Below the pieces are notes generated by a model. That model had not been told where the DNA came from. It ran no database searches and saw only the letters and a program-made list of their open reading frames with translations. A stretch of DNA of 64,000 bases, taken from NCBI GenBank assembly GCA_963514005.1, contig OY740809.1, positions 20,708,001 to 20,772,000 on the forward strand, in the 5' to 3' direction. The stretch comes from Raja brachyura (Eukaryota). A program made the position numbers and the translations under genes. Shown in pieces: positions 49,890 through 61,690 of the stretch (the first letter of the stretch is position 1; each line of letters starts with the position of its first letter).

Positions 49890-51165
49890 CATCCAAAATA
49901 TCAAAGCCATTGTTTTCTATGCAATTTGAAATGTTGGGTTCGAGCAGCCACCTATCCTTGACATTCAATTGCTTTACCACTTTGTTGTTGGAGATGACCA
50001 TTTTCTTGTACTTTTGCCTCGTGCATATGACCTGCCACGCAATAGTCCATGTTCACTTGGTCTTGCTTCATGTGGCTACAAACTTATTCATATGTTAAGA
50101 AAGCACAAATGGAATGGAACTTTGCAGAATCAGCAAACACCCTAATTTTGAGCTCATGATGGAATCTCAGACAAAGCAGCTCTATTGATGATTGGGCTAT
50201 TAACTGCCCAGTGGCCTGATCCACGATGGTTGACCTCCAAAAGCCACAGATTGCCTCCCTTTGCACACTTTAATGCCAACATTGAAGCGTTCACCCTTTG
50301 ATCACAATCACTTTTAACTGGGCATCTTGATGCCACATTTGGAGCAATGCTGCCTTGATAAATCTGAGGAAAGACATCCTTGCCATAGAGGGGGTACAGA
50401 GAAGATTCACCAGACTGATTCCTGGGATGTCAGGACTTTCATATGAGGAAAGATTGGATAGACTCGGTTTGTACTCGATGGAATTTAGAAGATTGAGGGG
50501 GGATCTTATAGAAACCTACAAAATTCTTAAGGGGTTGGACAAGCTAGATGCTGGAAGATTGTTCCCGATGTTGGGGGAGTCCAGAACAAGGGGTCACAGT
50601 CTAAGGATAAGGGGGAATTCCTTTAGGACCGAAATGAGGAAAACATTCTTTACACAGAGAGTGGTGAGTCTCTGGAATTCTCTGCCACAGAAGGTAGTTG
50701 AGGCCAGTTCATTGGCTATATTTAAGAGGGCGTTAGATGTGGCACTTGTGGCTAAAGGGATCAGGGGGTATGGAGAGAAGGCCGGTACGGGATACTGAGT
50801 TGGATGATCAGCCATGATCACATTGAATGGCGGTGCAGGCTCGAAGGGCCGAATGGCCTACTCCTGCACCTATTTTCTATGTTTCTATGTTCTATGTTTC
50901 TATGATATAATGGTCACTCTTATCTCATCTCTGGAATATGGTTGCCTGGACCAAGGTGTGGAGACTAGTGATCCTGGCAAAACCAAATTGAGCATCAGTA
51001 AATTAGTTGAGCAAGTATGGTATGATAATATAATTAATACCAGTTTTCATTGCTTTGCAGATCATTGAGAGTAGTTTGAATTAGCCAGATTGGGTTTTTT
51101 TTGTGACCAAGATGTACCTGGACAGTTTTCCACTTTGTTGGGTAGTGCCAGGTGTTGCAACTGTT
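49890..51165 (-). mobile_element. Old CR1/L2-group LINE fragment, an inverted counterpart of 45455-46200, split by a CR1/HER1 insertion
   Basis: Its reverse complement aligns by eye to 45455-46200 on both sides of 50361-50902. Confidence 0.75.
50361..50902 (+). mobile_element. Young CR1/HER1-like LINE, 5'-truncated
   Basis: Uninterrupted ORF 50355-50798 (IEGVQRRFTRLIPGM.GLSYEERL...RRLRGDLIETYKIL...GIRGYGEKAGTGY); (tttctatg)n tail; tgata duplicated at 50356 and 50903. Confidence 0.92.
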
Positions 51166-51660
51166 GACCCACTTTTGTTTACTCTTGCACCCACTGATTC
51201 TTTTTTCTTTCTCTCATATGACATGTTGCTTATTTGTAAATGTTGGATGTAGCAATGAGTGGGTGGTACAGGGAAGAGAAATACAGAGAATCCATGATAA
51301 AATATAATGCAACTCTTAAATCTCCAGTAAATTGAAACTCCACATGTGCAAGTGCTAATTTTCAATATCGGAGAGATTAAATCGGATAGTTACTAAATAC
51401 TCCTACTTCATTATTAAGAGTACTTGAGACTGAAATGGAATAGATCTGCACTAACTTTGTTGCCATGTTCAATTCTTACCTGACAGCACTTGTACATTAT
51501 TTCAGAGTATTTTATTACTGTCATTGTGTTAGGGAGGAATGAGTAAGAGTTTGGACTGAATTCAGTCTTGATTAACGTGCTCCAAATAAGTATCAATGTT
51601 CAGTGTGGAAAGTTTATTTTGACATTTTTTCTCATTCCCCTTTTCACCCTCCATTGAATA

Positions 51661-52113
51661 TTATGGGGGGGAGAAGAGAGAGAGAAGGGAGACGGGGGGG
51701 GGGGGGGGGGGGAAGAAGGAGTGGAGACACTTTTAAGAAGTATAATAAAGTTTAGCGGGCATTTAACCTACCGGTAGGTCTTCCTAGGTTGTGAAACTCC
51801 AATGAGCCAATCAAAATGCCCGGTCAGCGAAGGAGATTGTCTACGGCTGCCCTCGAGTGCCGGTAAGTAAATAGCAACCCAACTCCACTGCACTACGAGT
51901 GAAAAAGACCCATGCCGACCAAATTTTACTTGCGGACAATATCCTGAAAAAATTTCCACGACCTAGCTGAGGCCACGAGTAGGCGGGAACCTCCCTTGAG
52001 CCAGGAGAGTTCCAGACACCTCATAGGACCTCGTGTCGACCATGTTGCGCATTTGAGTCCAGGTCAAACTCTTCTAAACTCGCAGCTTAGGTCGCCCAAG
52101 TTGGACAGGCCCT
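51661..52113 (-). mobile_element. Partial PIF/Harbinger-like MITE related to 56158-56905
   Basis: Inverted similarity to about 56160-56630; ends ggtcgcccaagttggacaggccct. Confidence 0.75.
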
Positions 52114-52780
52114 TTACGCCTGAGCTTGCAATGAATGCCCTCCTTTAACCCTGTACTTTGTTAATTTTCTCTTCTCTGGTAGTGCTGGGCAGCAATGATG
52201 CCATGTAGCTAATAGCTTTTACTGGCACGAAGTGCAGTCAGCAGGGCACTGGACTAGTCATCATTAATCAAGCCTTGTGTTGCAGGACTTTATTTTAATC
52301 AATTAATTTTCCACTTTTAATCAGTGGGGCATCAAAGTACAATTGATGTCAAAGTCCAAAACCTGGAAATCTTTTGCCTGGAGTGGTCTAAATGCAGAGA
52401 GAAAGTGTTGGTGGGGAAAAAAACTATTGACTTTGCACAATGCGTTGCGATCTTTGACAATATCGTTAAAATGAATGAGATTGTTGACTGTTTCAAACGG
52501 TCAAGTCAGTGGAGCATACACTGCGGTCTAGTGCGCCAGATGTGAAGAATCAGTCATGAGTCTGGAATCTAGCAAATTAGTTTTTCTTGTTTATACCAAC
52601 TGTTCAACAGTTGGAGACTTGAATTTAACTGCAAAGCTTATTTTCATTGAAGCCTATTGTTTGTGCTGCAAGTATGTAATAACGATGTTATTCATATTGT
52701 ACATTATATGCTCTGCATTTAAACATTATTATGTATTCACTCTTTAAGGATATTCAGGCTGAATTTGGAACAATACCGAC

Positions 52781-52876
52781 GTTAGAACAGTTGGAAGTTT
52801 GGAATTTTTTATATCATCAGATGAGCAAGTTGGTACAATTGCAAGTTTGGAATTTGTTATGGCATCAGATGAACCA
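52781..52876. repeat. Diverged 48-bp tandem duplication
   Basis: gttagaacagttggaagtttggaattttttatatcatcagatgagcaa / gttggtacaattgcaagtttggaatttgttatggcatcagatgaacca. Confidence 0.8.
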
Positions 52877-52974
52877 GATTTTGAGTGTGATAAATTCTTC
52901 ATGGGAGATAATTTCGAAACATAGAAATTAGTTATGTGCAAATGTTATGTTTGTGCAATCAGCTCCTGCAATAT

Positions 52975-53620
52975 TACATAGAACAGTTCAGTACAGCAAT
53001 GGCCTGCTCTATCTGTGCTGAACTTGATGCCAGTTAAGCTAATCTCCTCTGTCTGCGCGTAATCATTATCTCTCCATTCCCTGCATATCCATGTCCCTAT
53101 CTAAAAGCCACTTACACACCACTATCATAAGTGCTACCACAGCACCTCTGACAGTGTGTTCTAGGCACTCACCAGTCCTTAAAAAAAGATTGCCTTGCCC
53201 TTTAAACTTCGCTCCTCTCACCTTTAAAGCTATGCCCTTCAATCTTTGACATTTCCACCCTGGGAAACCAGTTTCTAACTGTCCACCCTATTGTACCTTC
53301 TGTCGCATCTCCCCTCAACCTTTGACTCTCCAAAGAAAACAATCCAAGTTTGTCCCATTGTTGCAGCTAATGCTGTCTAATCCAGGCAACGTTCTGGTAA
53401 AGCTCGTCTGCACCTTCTCTAAAGTCTCCACATCGTTCCTGCAACGAGAACTGCATGCAATACTCAATGCAGCCTAACTACAAATTTATAGCTGTAACTT
53501 GACTTCTTGGCTCTTGTATTCAACTCCCTGATCGCTGAAAGCAAGCATTTTATGTTTCTTTCCCATTCTGTCTACTTGTGGCGGAGAGCTATCGTCATGG
53601 ACATCAAAATACCTCGTAAT
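52975..53620 (-). mobile_element. Old CR1-like LINE 3' fragment
   Basis: catagaacag tail; tctaatccaggcaac.ttctggtaaa..tc.tctgcacc motif shared with the other CR1 copies. Confidence 0.7.
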
Positions 53621-54400
53621 CTAAAACAAAGTGTTAATGAATGCGCCAGCGTTTTTTGTCGATTTAGTCATTCAAATCAATCATATTTTAGTGGTTGTCT
53701 TATTTTAAATATTTGTCTTTGATAGCCCTTTCATTAAATAATTAAAAATTACTTATACCTTCTGCAATTCAGAATTATCAATCTGCACTCCAGTTTCTAG
53801 TGCCACACCCAATTAATCCTACAATTCAGTGCCTCTCAGTCCTATCGAACTTCCACTGCTGATTAATTAAATACCCTGTACTGCCAAGATTTGCAAATTC
53901 TCATGTCCTTCCACTTAGAATTAGACTAGTTCATTGTGATTTTGATGTACTTTATGCCAGTTTGTGTCACACTGATTAAAATCTCAACTAAATAATTAGA
54001 TTTTTGAAAAGATTTGTGACAAATGTAAGATTGAAAACCTGTAAATTATTGCATATCTGTCCAGCAACTTAATTCACTAAATCTCATGTATCATTTCATT
54101 TACCTACATTTTGATTTGTGCTTTTATTGTTTACCCAGAATAGACCTTTTGGCTGCATATTTTGACCAACATGTGTTAGATTTAGTGCACTCTCATTAGC
54201 AATTCCACTTTCTAATAGAAAGGCATTCTGTACCTCTATTTTATTTTTATATATTGTGCAATGGGATTGGAGACCAACCTTGACTTCTTTTCACAGCATA
54301 TGCATAGTAGATTTCCTTCATGATTGCATTTCATAGCAGCAAGATATACTGAGGAGACCGTCAGTTTATAAATTTGGGCACACAAATTATATATTTTGAG

Positions 54401-54500
54401 GGTACACAAAAGGCTGGAGAAACTCAGCGGGTGCAGCAGCATCTAAGGAGCGAAGGAGATGGGCGACGTTTCGGGTCGAGACCCTTCCTCAGACCCTTCC
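54401..54500 (-). mobile_element. 100-bp hammerhead-bearing Penelope-type insertion with perfect TSD
   Basis: TSD ttatatattttgag (54387-54400 / 54501-54514); minus-strand core CTGAGGA-A-GGGTCTCGACCC-GAAACGTC at 54465-54492. Confidence 0.88.
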
Positions 54501-54894
54501 TTATATATTTTGAGATCAGGTTTTGACCATTAGTCTGAGAATTGCAAGTAAGCTAATGCAGCTTAATAATACGGTTTTACTATGGTGTATTTAAAATGTG
54601 TTTTAGGTCTGTCTTAAAACAAAATCTTAGATAATTTAAAAATGCTCCTTTGATTTGTGCTCATGGCAAGCAGAGCTTTGCAGAAATATGGAGTTTAAAA
54701 TGAAATGTTCTTCATTATTGTTCAGCACTGCTGGACTGTGGCCATGGGTCAGGTTTGAGGTTGGGAATGATTTTTTGTTGTTGTTTGTTTGCAGTCAGTA
54801 ATTACTGTGACTTTCTGATGTATTTTTAGCATCCTAAGTAAACGTGGGAGAAATGTTCATTGGGGAAGCTTTCATAGTTCATCTGCTCTGGGAT

Positions 54895-55045
54895 AACTTT
54901 GGACAGGTACATTGATAGGATACGTTCAGAGGGATGTGGGCAAAATGCAGGCAGGTTTGGCTACTCTAGATGGGGCATCTTGGTCTGCAAGGGCAAATTG
55001 GGCCAAAGGGCCTTTTTCCATGCTAGATGACTGTATGACTCTAAC
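54895..55045 (+). mobile_element. CR1-like LINE 3' end
   Basis: tttggacaggtac...gggccaaagggcct...tatgactcta. Confidence 0.7.
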
Positions 55046-55131
55046 TCCACCTCTTGACAACAGAAGGATGCTTTGGGGAAACATGGTCTGATCTGTCGTT
55101 GCTTTTACAAACTGTTTCTATCTGGATTAAA

Positions 55132-55301
55132 TGTATACGAAAGAACTGCAGATACTGGTTTAAATCAAAGATAAACACAAGCTGCTGGAGTAACTCAGCT
55201 TAGACTGAAGAAAGGTCTTGATCTGAAACCTCACCCATTTCTTCTCTCCAGAGATGCTGCATGTCCCACTGAGTTACTCCAGCAGTTTGTGTCTGTCCAC
55301 C
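55132..55301. mobile_element. Inverted-pair Penelope-type element with TSD
   Basis: TSD ttctatctggattaaa (55116-55131) / ttctatctcgattaaa (55302-55317). Confidence 0.85.
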
Positions 55302-56157
55302 TTCTATCTCGATTAAAATCTGAATATTCTGAAGTGATCTGAAATGACCTTATATTTTATAGATGCTAAGTATTAAAACATTTACTTTCCATGGAATGAT
55401 TCTGCCAAGTGAGGAAAGGAATGACTAACTTGGGTAGGAAAGAGATGTATTTTGTTGCTGACGCCGATGATTTACTAAACTGAGTTTTTCCGTTACCTCG
55501 GGGGAGATTGTGAGGATCACAGCATTGATTGTCGCTTTTGACCAGGAAACCCATTTAAAGCTGTGGTGCAGAACCTTTTCGGGTGAAGGACCAGAATAAC
55601 AATCTAAATTGCTACTTATGACCACGAGTTTGAAACATCTTTATGATCTTGTGAACCCGACTCTTCTATTTTGACTCAAATTCTGGAAGTCAGTGTAATA
55701 TTTAGTAGGGACCATTTTGCAATCCAGCGATGGTTCCCAATCTTAATTTGTGATTTTTGGCCTTGCTCTTTTGGCTTTCGTAGGTCCTGGCGACTCGGAG
55801 ATTAGTTGAATTTGTATCAAAGCAGCATCCCATAATTGATATCAATTACATTTAGCTCATGCTTTATGAATCACATTAAACTTTAGTTTTTCCTTCCTCG
55901 TACTTGCCCTATACTCAAATTTGTTGGCCATTCCACTGTTTGACCATTATAAAATAAAAAGCCAAATCAAGCTGCAGAATTTCTGTGAGCCTGGCATCGA
56001 TCATGTTATCTCTGCCACAATCTAGTTACTGTCCACTCCTATGTTCAAAGTGTCAATTGAGCTTGAGACCTGATGACTGAAATTTTATTCCAAAAAAACA
56101 ATACTACTCCAGTAGAGCATAATTAAGCTTGCAGGTCCTGAGAGCAAGATGGCATGA

Positions 56158-56905
56158 AGGGGCTGTCCCACTGCGGCAACCTAATCTGCGTGTTTAGACG
56201 AGTTTTCCCTCGACTCAAACTTTCAGCATGGTCGACACGTGGTCCTAGGAGGTCCTATGAGGTCACTGGAACTCTCCTTCATTCTCGAGGGAAGTTCCCG
56301 AATTCTCGTGGCCTCAGCTAGGTCGCGGAAAATTTTTCAGCATGTTGAAAAATTTTCCGTGCGTAAAATTTGGTTTGCATGGTTCTTTTCAACTCGTTGT
56401 GCGTTGAGTGGGTCGCTATATAGTTATTGGCAATCGAGGGCAGCCGTAGGCAATCGCCTTTGCTGACCGGGCATTTTAATTGGCTCAGTGGAGTTTTCAG
56501 GACCCAGGAAAACCGACTGGTAAGTAAAATGCCCGCTAAACTTTATTATACTTCTTAAAGGTGTCTCCACGCCTTCTCCCCTCCCTTCTCCCCCCCTCTC
56601 TCCCTTTCGCTCCCCTTCGCTCCCCTTCTCCCCCGCACTCTCCAAAGGACTTACTGTACACTGTGCAGCCATCTTTCCTTCCTCTTCATCGTGGCTGTGA
56701 ATTTCAGACAGCACTCCCACACTTTCTCTGGACCCCGCCTTTGCGATGTTTGTGTGTGTGTGTGCGCGGTCAGTCGATCCAGCTCGCGGTTTCAACGCTG
56801 ACGGTCGATCCAGCTCGAGGTTTTCCAGGCAAGTGCTCTCGAGCTTGAAGGTCGAAGACACTCTTCTTAACTCGCGGATTAGGTCGCCGCGGTGGGACAG
56901 CCCCT
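56158..56905. mobile_element. PIF/Harbinger-like non-autonomous DNA transposon
   Basis: TIRs of at least 33 bp, aggggctgtcccactgcggcaacctaatctgcg / cgcggattaggtcgccgcggtgggacagcccct; flanks tga / taa. Confidence 0.85.
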
Positions 56906-57036
56906 TAAGGCAGTATCTCTGGAGAACATGGATAGCTGTTGTTACAGGTCGGGACATCTTCAGGCTTGTGTCCCAAGGTTCTTATCCAGATACACCATGT
57001 TCCAGTTATACTTCAAGGGGTAATTTGCAGTAGCCT

Positions 57037-57343
57037 ATTTAGTTTGGTTTAAAGATACTGCATGGAAATAGGCCCTTCGGCCCACCGAGTCCACGCCGGC
57101 CATCAATCACCTGTTCATACTAGTTCTATGTTATCCCACTTTCTCATTCGCACACGACACATTAGGGGCGATTTTGCAGAAGCTAATTAACCTACAAACC
57201 TGCACGTCTTTGAGATGTGGGAGGAAACCTACCGAGTCACAGGGAGAACATGCAATCTCTGCACATCAGCAGCTGAGGTCTGGGTCGAATCCAAGTCTCT
57301 GGCGTTGTAAGGTAGCAGCTCGATCTGCTGCACCAATTGACCC
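57037..57343 (-). mobile_element. HE1-like tRNA-derived SINE inserted in an older SINE (about 56990-57505)
   Basis: ggcccttcggcccaccgagtcc...tgtgggaggaaacc...gtcgaatcc (B box)...gctgcacca. Confidence 0.85.
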
Positions 57344-58379
57344 ACCACAATACCTTTTGGAACCTGGGAGAATCCAGAGGAAACACACATGATCACAAAA
57401 AGATTATGCAAATTCTAATCATGCATCACACAATGTTAGAAGCAGCCATCGATCCCTGGGTTTGCGAGGCAGCAGCATCAACTGCTGCTCCACCTTGCTG
57501 TCCTTGCCAGAGGGAAATTTGAAGAGAATTTGTTACATAACATTTTTACATTTTGTTACTTTGATTGTGTTTTAAAGAACTGATTGTTATTTATTGTGCT
57601 CAGTATCTTGTGCATACAGAGTTGAACAGTAATTAATGTTGCATTGTGTAGACCAAATGACCAGTATTCCTTTAAGCAATCATATTTGAGGATCTCATTA
57701 AATAGTGGAGATCCATTTCAGTTTTTCTGTGCCTGTGCAGCCAATCTGATCTGGTAATTTCCAGCTGGTTTAGTTCCAGATATATCCAATTAGTCACAAA
57801 AACCTTGAGGCAGTTTCCATGACCACCCCTCGGCACAATATACAGGACTAAAAATATCCTTGTTCATGTAATGAGCATAATTTGTACTTCAGTGGAGGGG
57901 AAAAGGTCACAAACTTTCCCGTCTCTTTCTAAACATTGAATTCTTCTTCCCACCTTGCCAAGTACTTTCCATTAGATGCCAATCCCTTTTTCGTACAATC
58001 CATGATCATGCACCACCTGTATCGGGCGTAATTTGATTTGTTTCATGGCTGTTGGAACATTGATTGGATGGCATTATTTGGTAGCCAGGATAGTGAAATA
58101 CTGTGGAGTTTAACTTGCACCTAATTTGTAATGATATTGACATATTGGAGCCACTTGAACTGTGTAATAATTTTTCATCATTCAGCATGGTGTAAAAGAT
58201 ATGGATAAAAGAATCTCCCATAAAATAATGGTTTTCAAAATAATATCAAGTTGACAGTTGCAATGCAAAAAGATGCATTATTTGTACTAAATCACCTGAT
58301 CACTTGATTGTACACGTTCAATCAGTGCATGATTTTATTTCATCATTGTGAAAGAAGCTGCAAGTCGCAGTCGTAAAGC

Positions 58380-58840
58380 ACCAAAAAGTGCCCTTTGGAC
58401 TGTCTTTTTCATGCAAACAGTTGTTGATGTCCCATTTATCTATTTGCCCCATATACTTTTCTTATCTATTTGAGAGAGTCCCATTTATCTATTTGGCCCA
58501 TAAACCTTCTCAACCATTGATATCCATGTAGCTGTGACAAACGCTGTAATTGTACCGTCTCTGTAATTGCAGTTTCCTCTGGCAGCTTGTTCCATACACC
58601 CACTATTCTCTATGGGAAATCATTGCCCCTCGGTTCCCGATTAAATCTTTCCCCTCTCACCGTAAACCTATGTGGTCTCTCCTTTTCCACACCACATACT
58701 TGCCCTTGTTAAATTTCATCTGCCATCCTTTTGACCCTTTTCCCCAGTTGCTCTGAATTCCATTGTAATCTTTCTAATCTCCCATTGTTACGAACGTTCA
58801 ATTTTATCTGGAGTTCATCTTCAACAGTTGTACCCATCTA
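58380..58840 (-). mobile_element. Old CR1-like fragment
   Basis: tctggcagcttgttccatacacccac...ttaaatctttcccctctcacc is the reverse complement of the CR1 3' region. Confidence 0.6.
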
Positions 58841-58997
58841 TCCATATGGAACTACAGTTTCAGGGCTTAGTATGTGCAATTCAATTGCCCAATTTCTCGC
58901 ACCAAAATAGTCATAATAGTTGGGAGAAGAAAAGTTTTTTTTAAGTACTTTGGAGATTAAATCATGAAAGGTGCAATAAAAAAAAAAACGAGCTTGT

Positions 58998-59192
58998 TTT
59001 TGAGCAAAACGCAATGCTGGAGGAACTCTGTGGCTCAGGCAACATCTGTGGAGGAAATGGACTGACAATATGTCTGGGACTCTTTGGCCTGATCCAAAAC
59101 TTTGTCTGTCCATTTCCTTCATGGATGTTGCAAGACCTGTTGAGCACTTTGTGTTTTGTTCAAGATTCCAACATCTGCAATTCCTTCTCTCC
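58998..59192. repeat. Degenerate inverted-pair Penelope-type repeat
   Basis: tgctggaggaactc...catctgtggaggaaatgg / ccatttccttcatggatg...caagattccaacatctgca. Confidence 0.7.
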
Positions 59193-59904
59193 ATGTCACT
59201 ATTTAATTCTTGCCTTCCATTCTACTTTGTTATACAATTGTATCTGAAATACAATGTAGATTTTATCTGGAAGTGACTTGCATTTTACAGGTAGTTTTAG
59301 TATTGTGTGCAGTTTGCTTATTTGAGGTACAACTGAAATGCACAACATCAATGCTTCAAGGACATTATTAGTTCCATTCAGCAGCCAAGAGTGTAAACAC
59401 CCTGGCATTCCATGAACCAGTGCACCACAGAGCAGTGAGGAAGATAAATTGAGCCATTGAAAACACATTTTAAATCGGATGTGATAAAATCTGCAGCAAT
59501 ATTGTAGATTTATTCTGGAACATTCGTATGGTATAAAGAAATTGCTTGATTTTAACTCTCCTGTTGTCTACTTAACAGCCTATACCTCATTCTTTGCTTG
59601 GTCTATGCCTAGATTAATCGAGGCCTATATTCCAGCTGAGTTGTTTTGTAAGCAGTTATCACCTCCCACCAAAAAAATATTTTTTAATGTAAACCATCAC
59701 CTGCAGTTCCTCATTTCTACTCTTTCACATCCCACCACATCCTTTCTCCATTTATTTGTTCCATGTGTTCAGTCACTTAAACCCAAATTAATTGTTTGAC
59801 GCATGCAAAGTTTCTATGTCCTCCTATCCTAAACTTGTTTATTCCGCGTCCATATTTTTGTTTGATCTTTGCTTTGTAATTTTATTGCTCAGAATATTAT
59901 TGTC

Positions 59905-61200
59905 AAGAGTATTCATTTATCATACGCCCAGGATGTGAATCAGATCAATGACATTCTTACTTAATGTAGCATTACAAGTACATTATTACAGCAACAATAA
60001 TGTACAATAAATTATAGGCTGTTCTAGGTAAACGAGACCATGCTATTGTGGAAACAAAACAAAAGTAGGTGGAGCAACCACAATGGTGCAAAGTCTATAG
60101 TGGTTCAGCAGGATTGTGTAGGTGATTCATGCACCAGGTGGTAGATGGCAAGAAGCTATTCTTGAATATGGCAGTAAAAGTTCTCTGGCTCCTGTACCAC
60201 CTACCCAATGGTAGCAGTGATAAGAAAGGATGGCAAGGCTGGGATGGATCTTTGACATTTGCTGCCTTCTTGAGGCAGCACTTTACGTAGGTCTCTTTGA
60301 TGGTGGGGAGCTCAGTACCCATGTTAGACTGGCAATGTCCACCACTTTCTGCAGCCTCCTTCATTCTTGAGCATTTGAATTACTGAACCATCGTGCAGCT
60401 GGTCAGTACACTTTCTATAAAAGCTAGTTGGAGTACTTGGCGACACAGACTAATTTGTCCCGTTAATTGTCCAATGATCGTACCCTCAGATGGCATTGGA
60501 GCTGCATCTGACTGCATGGCCATGGGTACAGAGAGTAGAGCAGAGAGTGTAGAAACTGAGTGCACAGCCCCGAGGAGACAATATCCTGATGGTCAGCAAG
60601 GAGGTGGTGTTGCCAATCCTTCCTGATTGAGGACCACTGATGAGGAAGAAGGGGAGCAAGTTACATCGGGAGGGGATGAGACCTAGTTCCCAAAGTTTGA
60701 CCATGGGTTTGGAAGAGATGATGATATTTGATCCTGAGCTGTAGTTGATAAACAACAGTGTACAATATGTGTTTCTGTTGTCCCAGCACAAAGCAGAGCG
60801 ACAGTGCAGTTGGGTCTACTGCTGATCTGTTCTGGTGATGGATTGAAGTGGTTCCAGGTTACAACTAAGGCAGGAGTTGTTTTGTGTCAGTGTCTACCTG
60901 TCAAACCATTTGATCAAAATGGATGTAAATACCACCATGCAGAGGTTGTTTACGCATGTCATTTTGCTCTTTTCCTAGGCATTGGTAGTACAAACATTAT
61001 TTTTTAAGCAGGTGGGCACCATTGGCCCTAGTTGGGAGTGGTGTAGAAGTCTATGAAAAATATCTACCCAGTTGGTCTGCATGGGTTTTGAGAACACGGC
61101 CAGGGACAACATCAGGGCTTTCAGAGGGTTCACTCCTGAAACATCTAATGCCTTGGACTCTGGCAGGGCCTGCACACCGTTAGTTCCAAGATGAAACAGA
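59905..61200 (-). mobile_element. Old Rex1/Babar-type LINE fragment
   Basis: Minus-strand peptides KDPSQPCHPFLSLLPLGRWYRS...FKNSFLPS, LLFINYSS and PRGCALS. Confidence 0.75.
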
Positions 61201-61534
61201 GGAGGTCAAATGGCAGCAACATTTCTCACCCGGGCTGGCTCAATGCTTTTTGAAAGAACAGTTTGCACCAGCACAAGCTCAGAGCTCCTGCAGAGTTATA
61301 GTCAGCAATATTCTTCTGTCTTCCACTGTGTGATATTAAATAGCTCCATAATCTACAGCAAATACCTGCGACCTATTGTTCTCCTATTGTCCACCGAGGT
61401 ATCACACATGACGGGAAACAGCCATGATGTTAATATTTTAATCGGAGTTCATATACTGCTTGAAATAAATGGTGTCTTACATAATGAGGCCATGACCTTC
61501 ATTATAAGGCATCATTATGGCATATGTTCAATCT

Positions 61535-61690
61535 GATGTCTGGAGGTCGTGACCCAAGACATTGCCTCTCTGTCAGTATGAAGAAGGGTCCTGACCCGTA
61601 ACACTGCCTGTCCGTTCCCCTTCAGTTGATGCCTGTCGTGCTGAGTATTTAGCACTTTGCTCAAGATTCCAGCATCTGCAGCCTCTTTGT
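61535..61690 (+). repeat. Degenerate Penelope-type hammerhead repeat
   Basis: tgaagaagggtcctgacccgtaacac...caagattccagcatctgcag. Confidence 0.65.
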
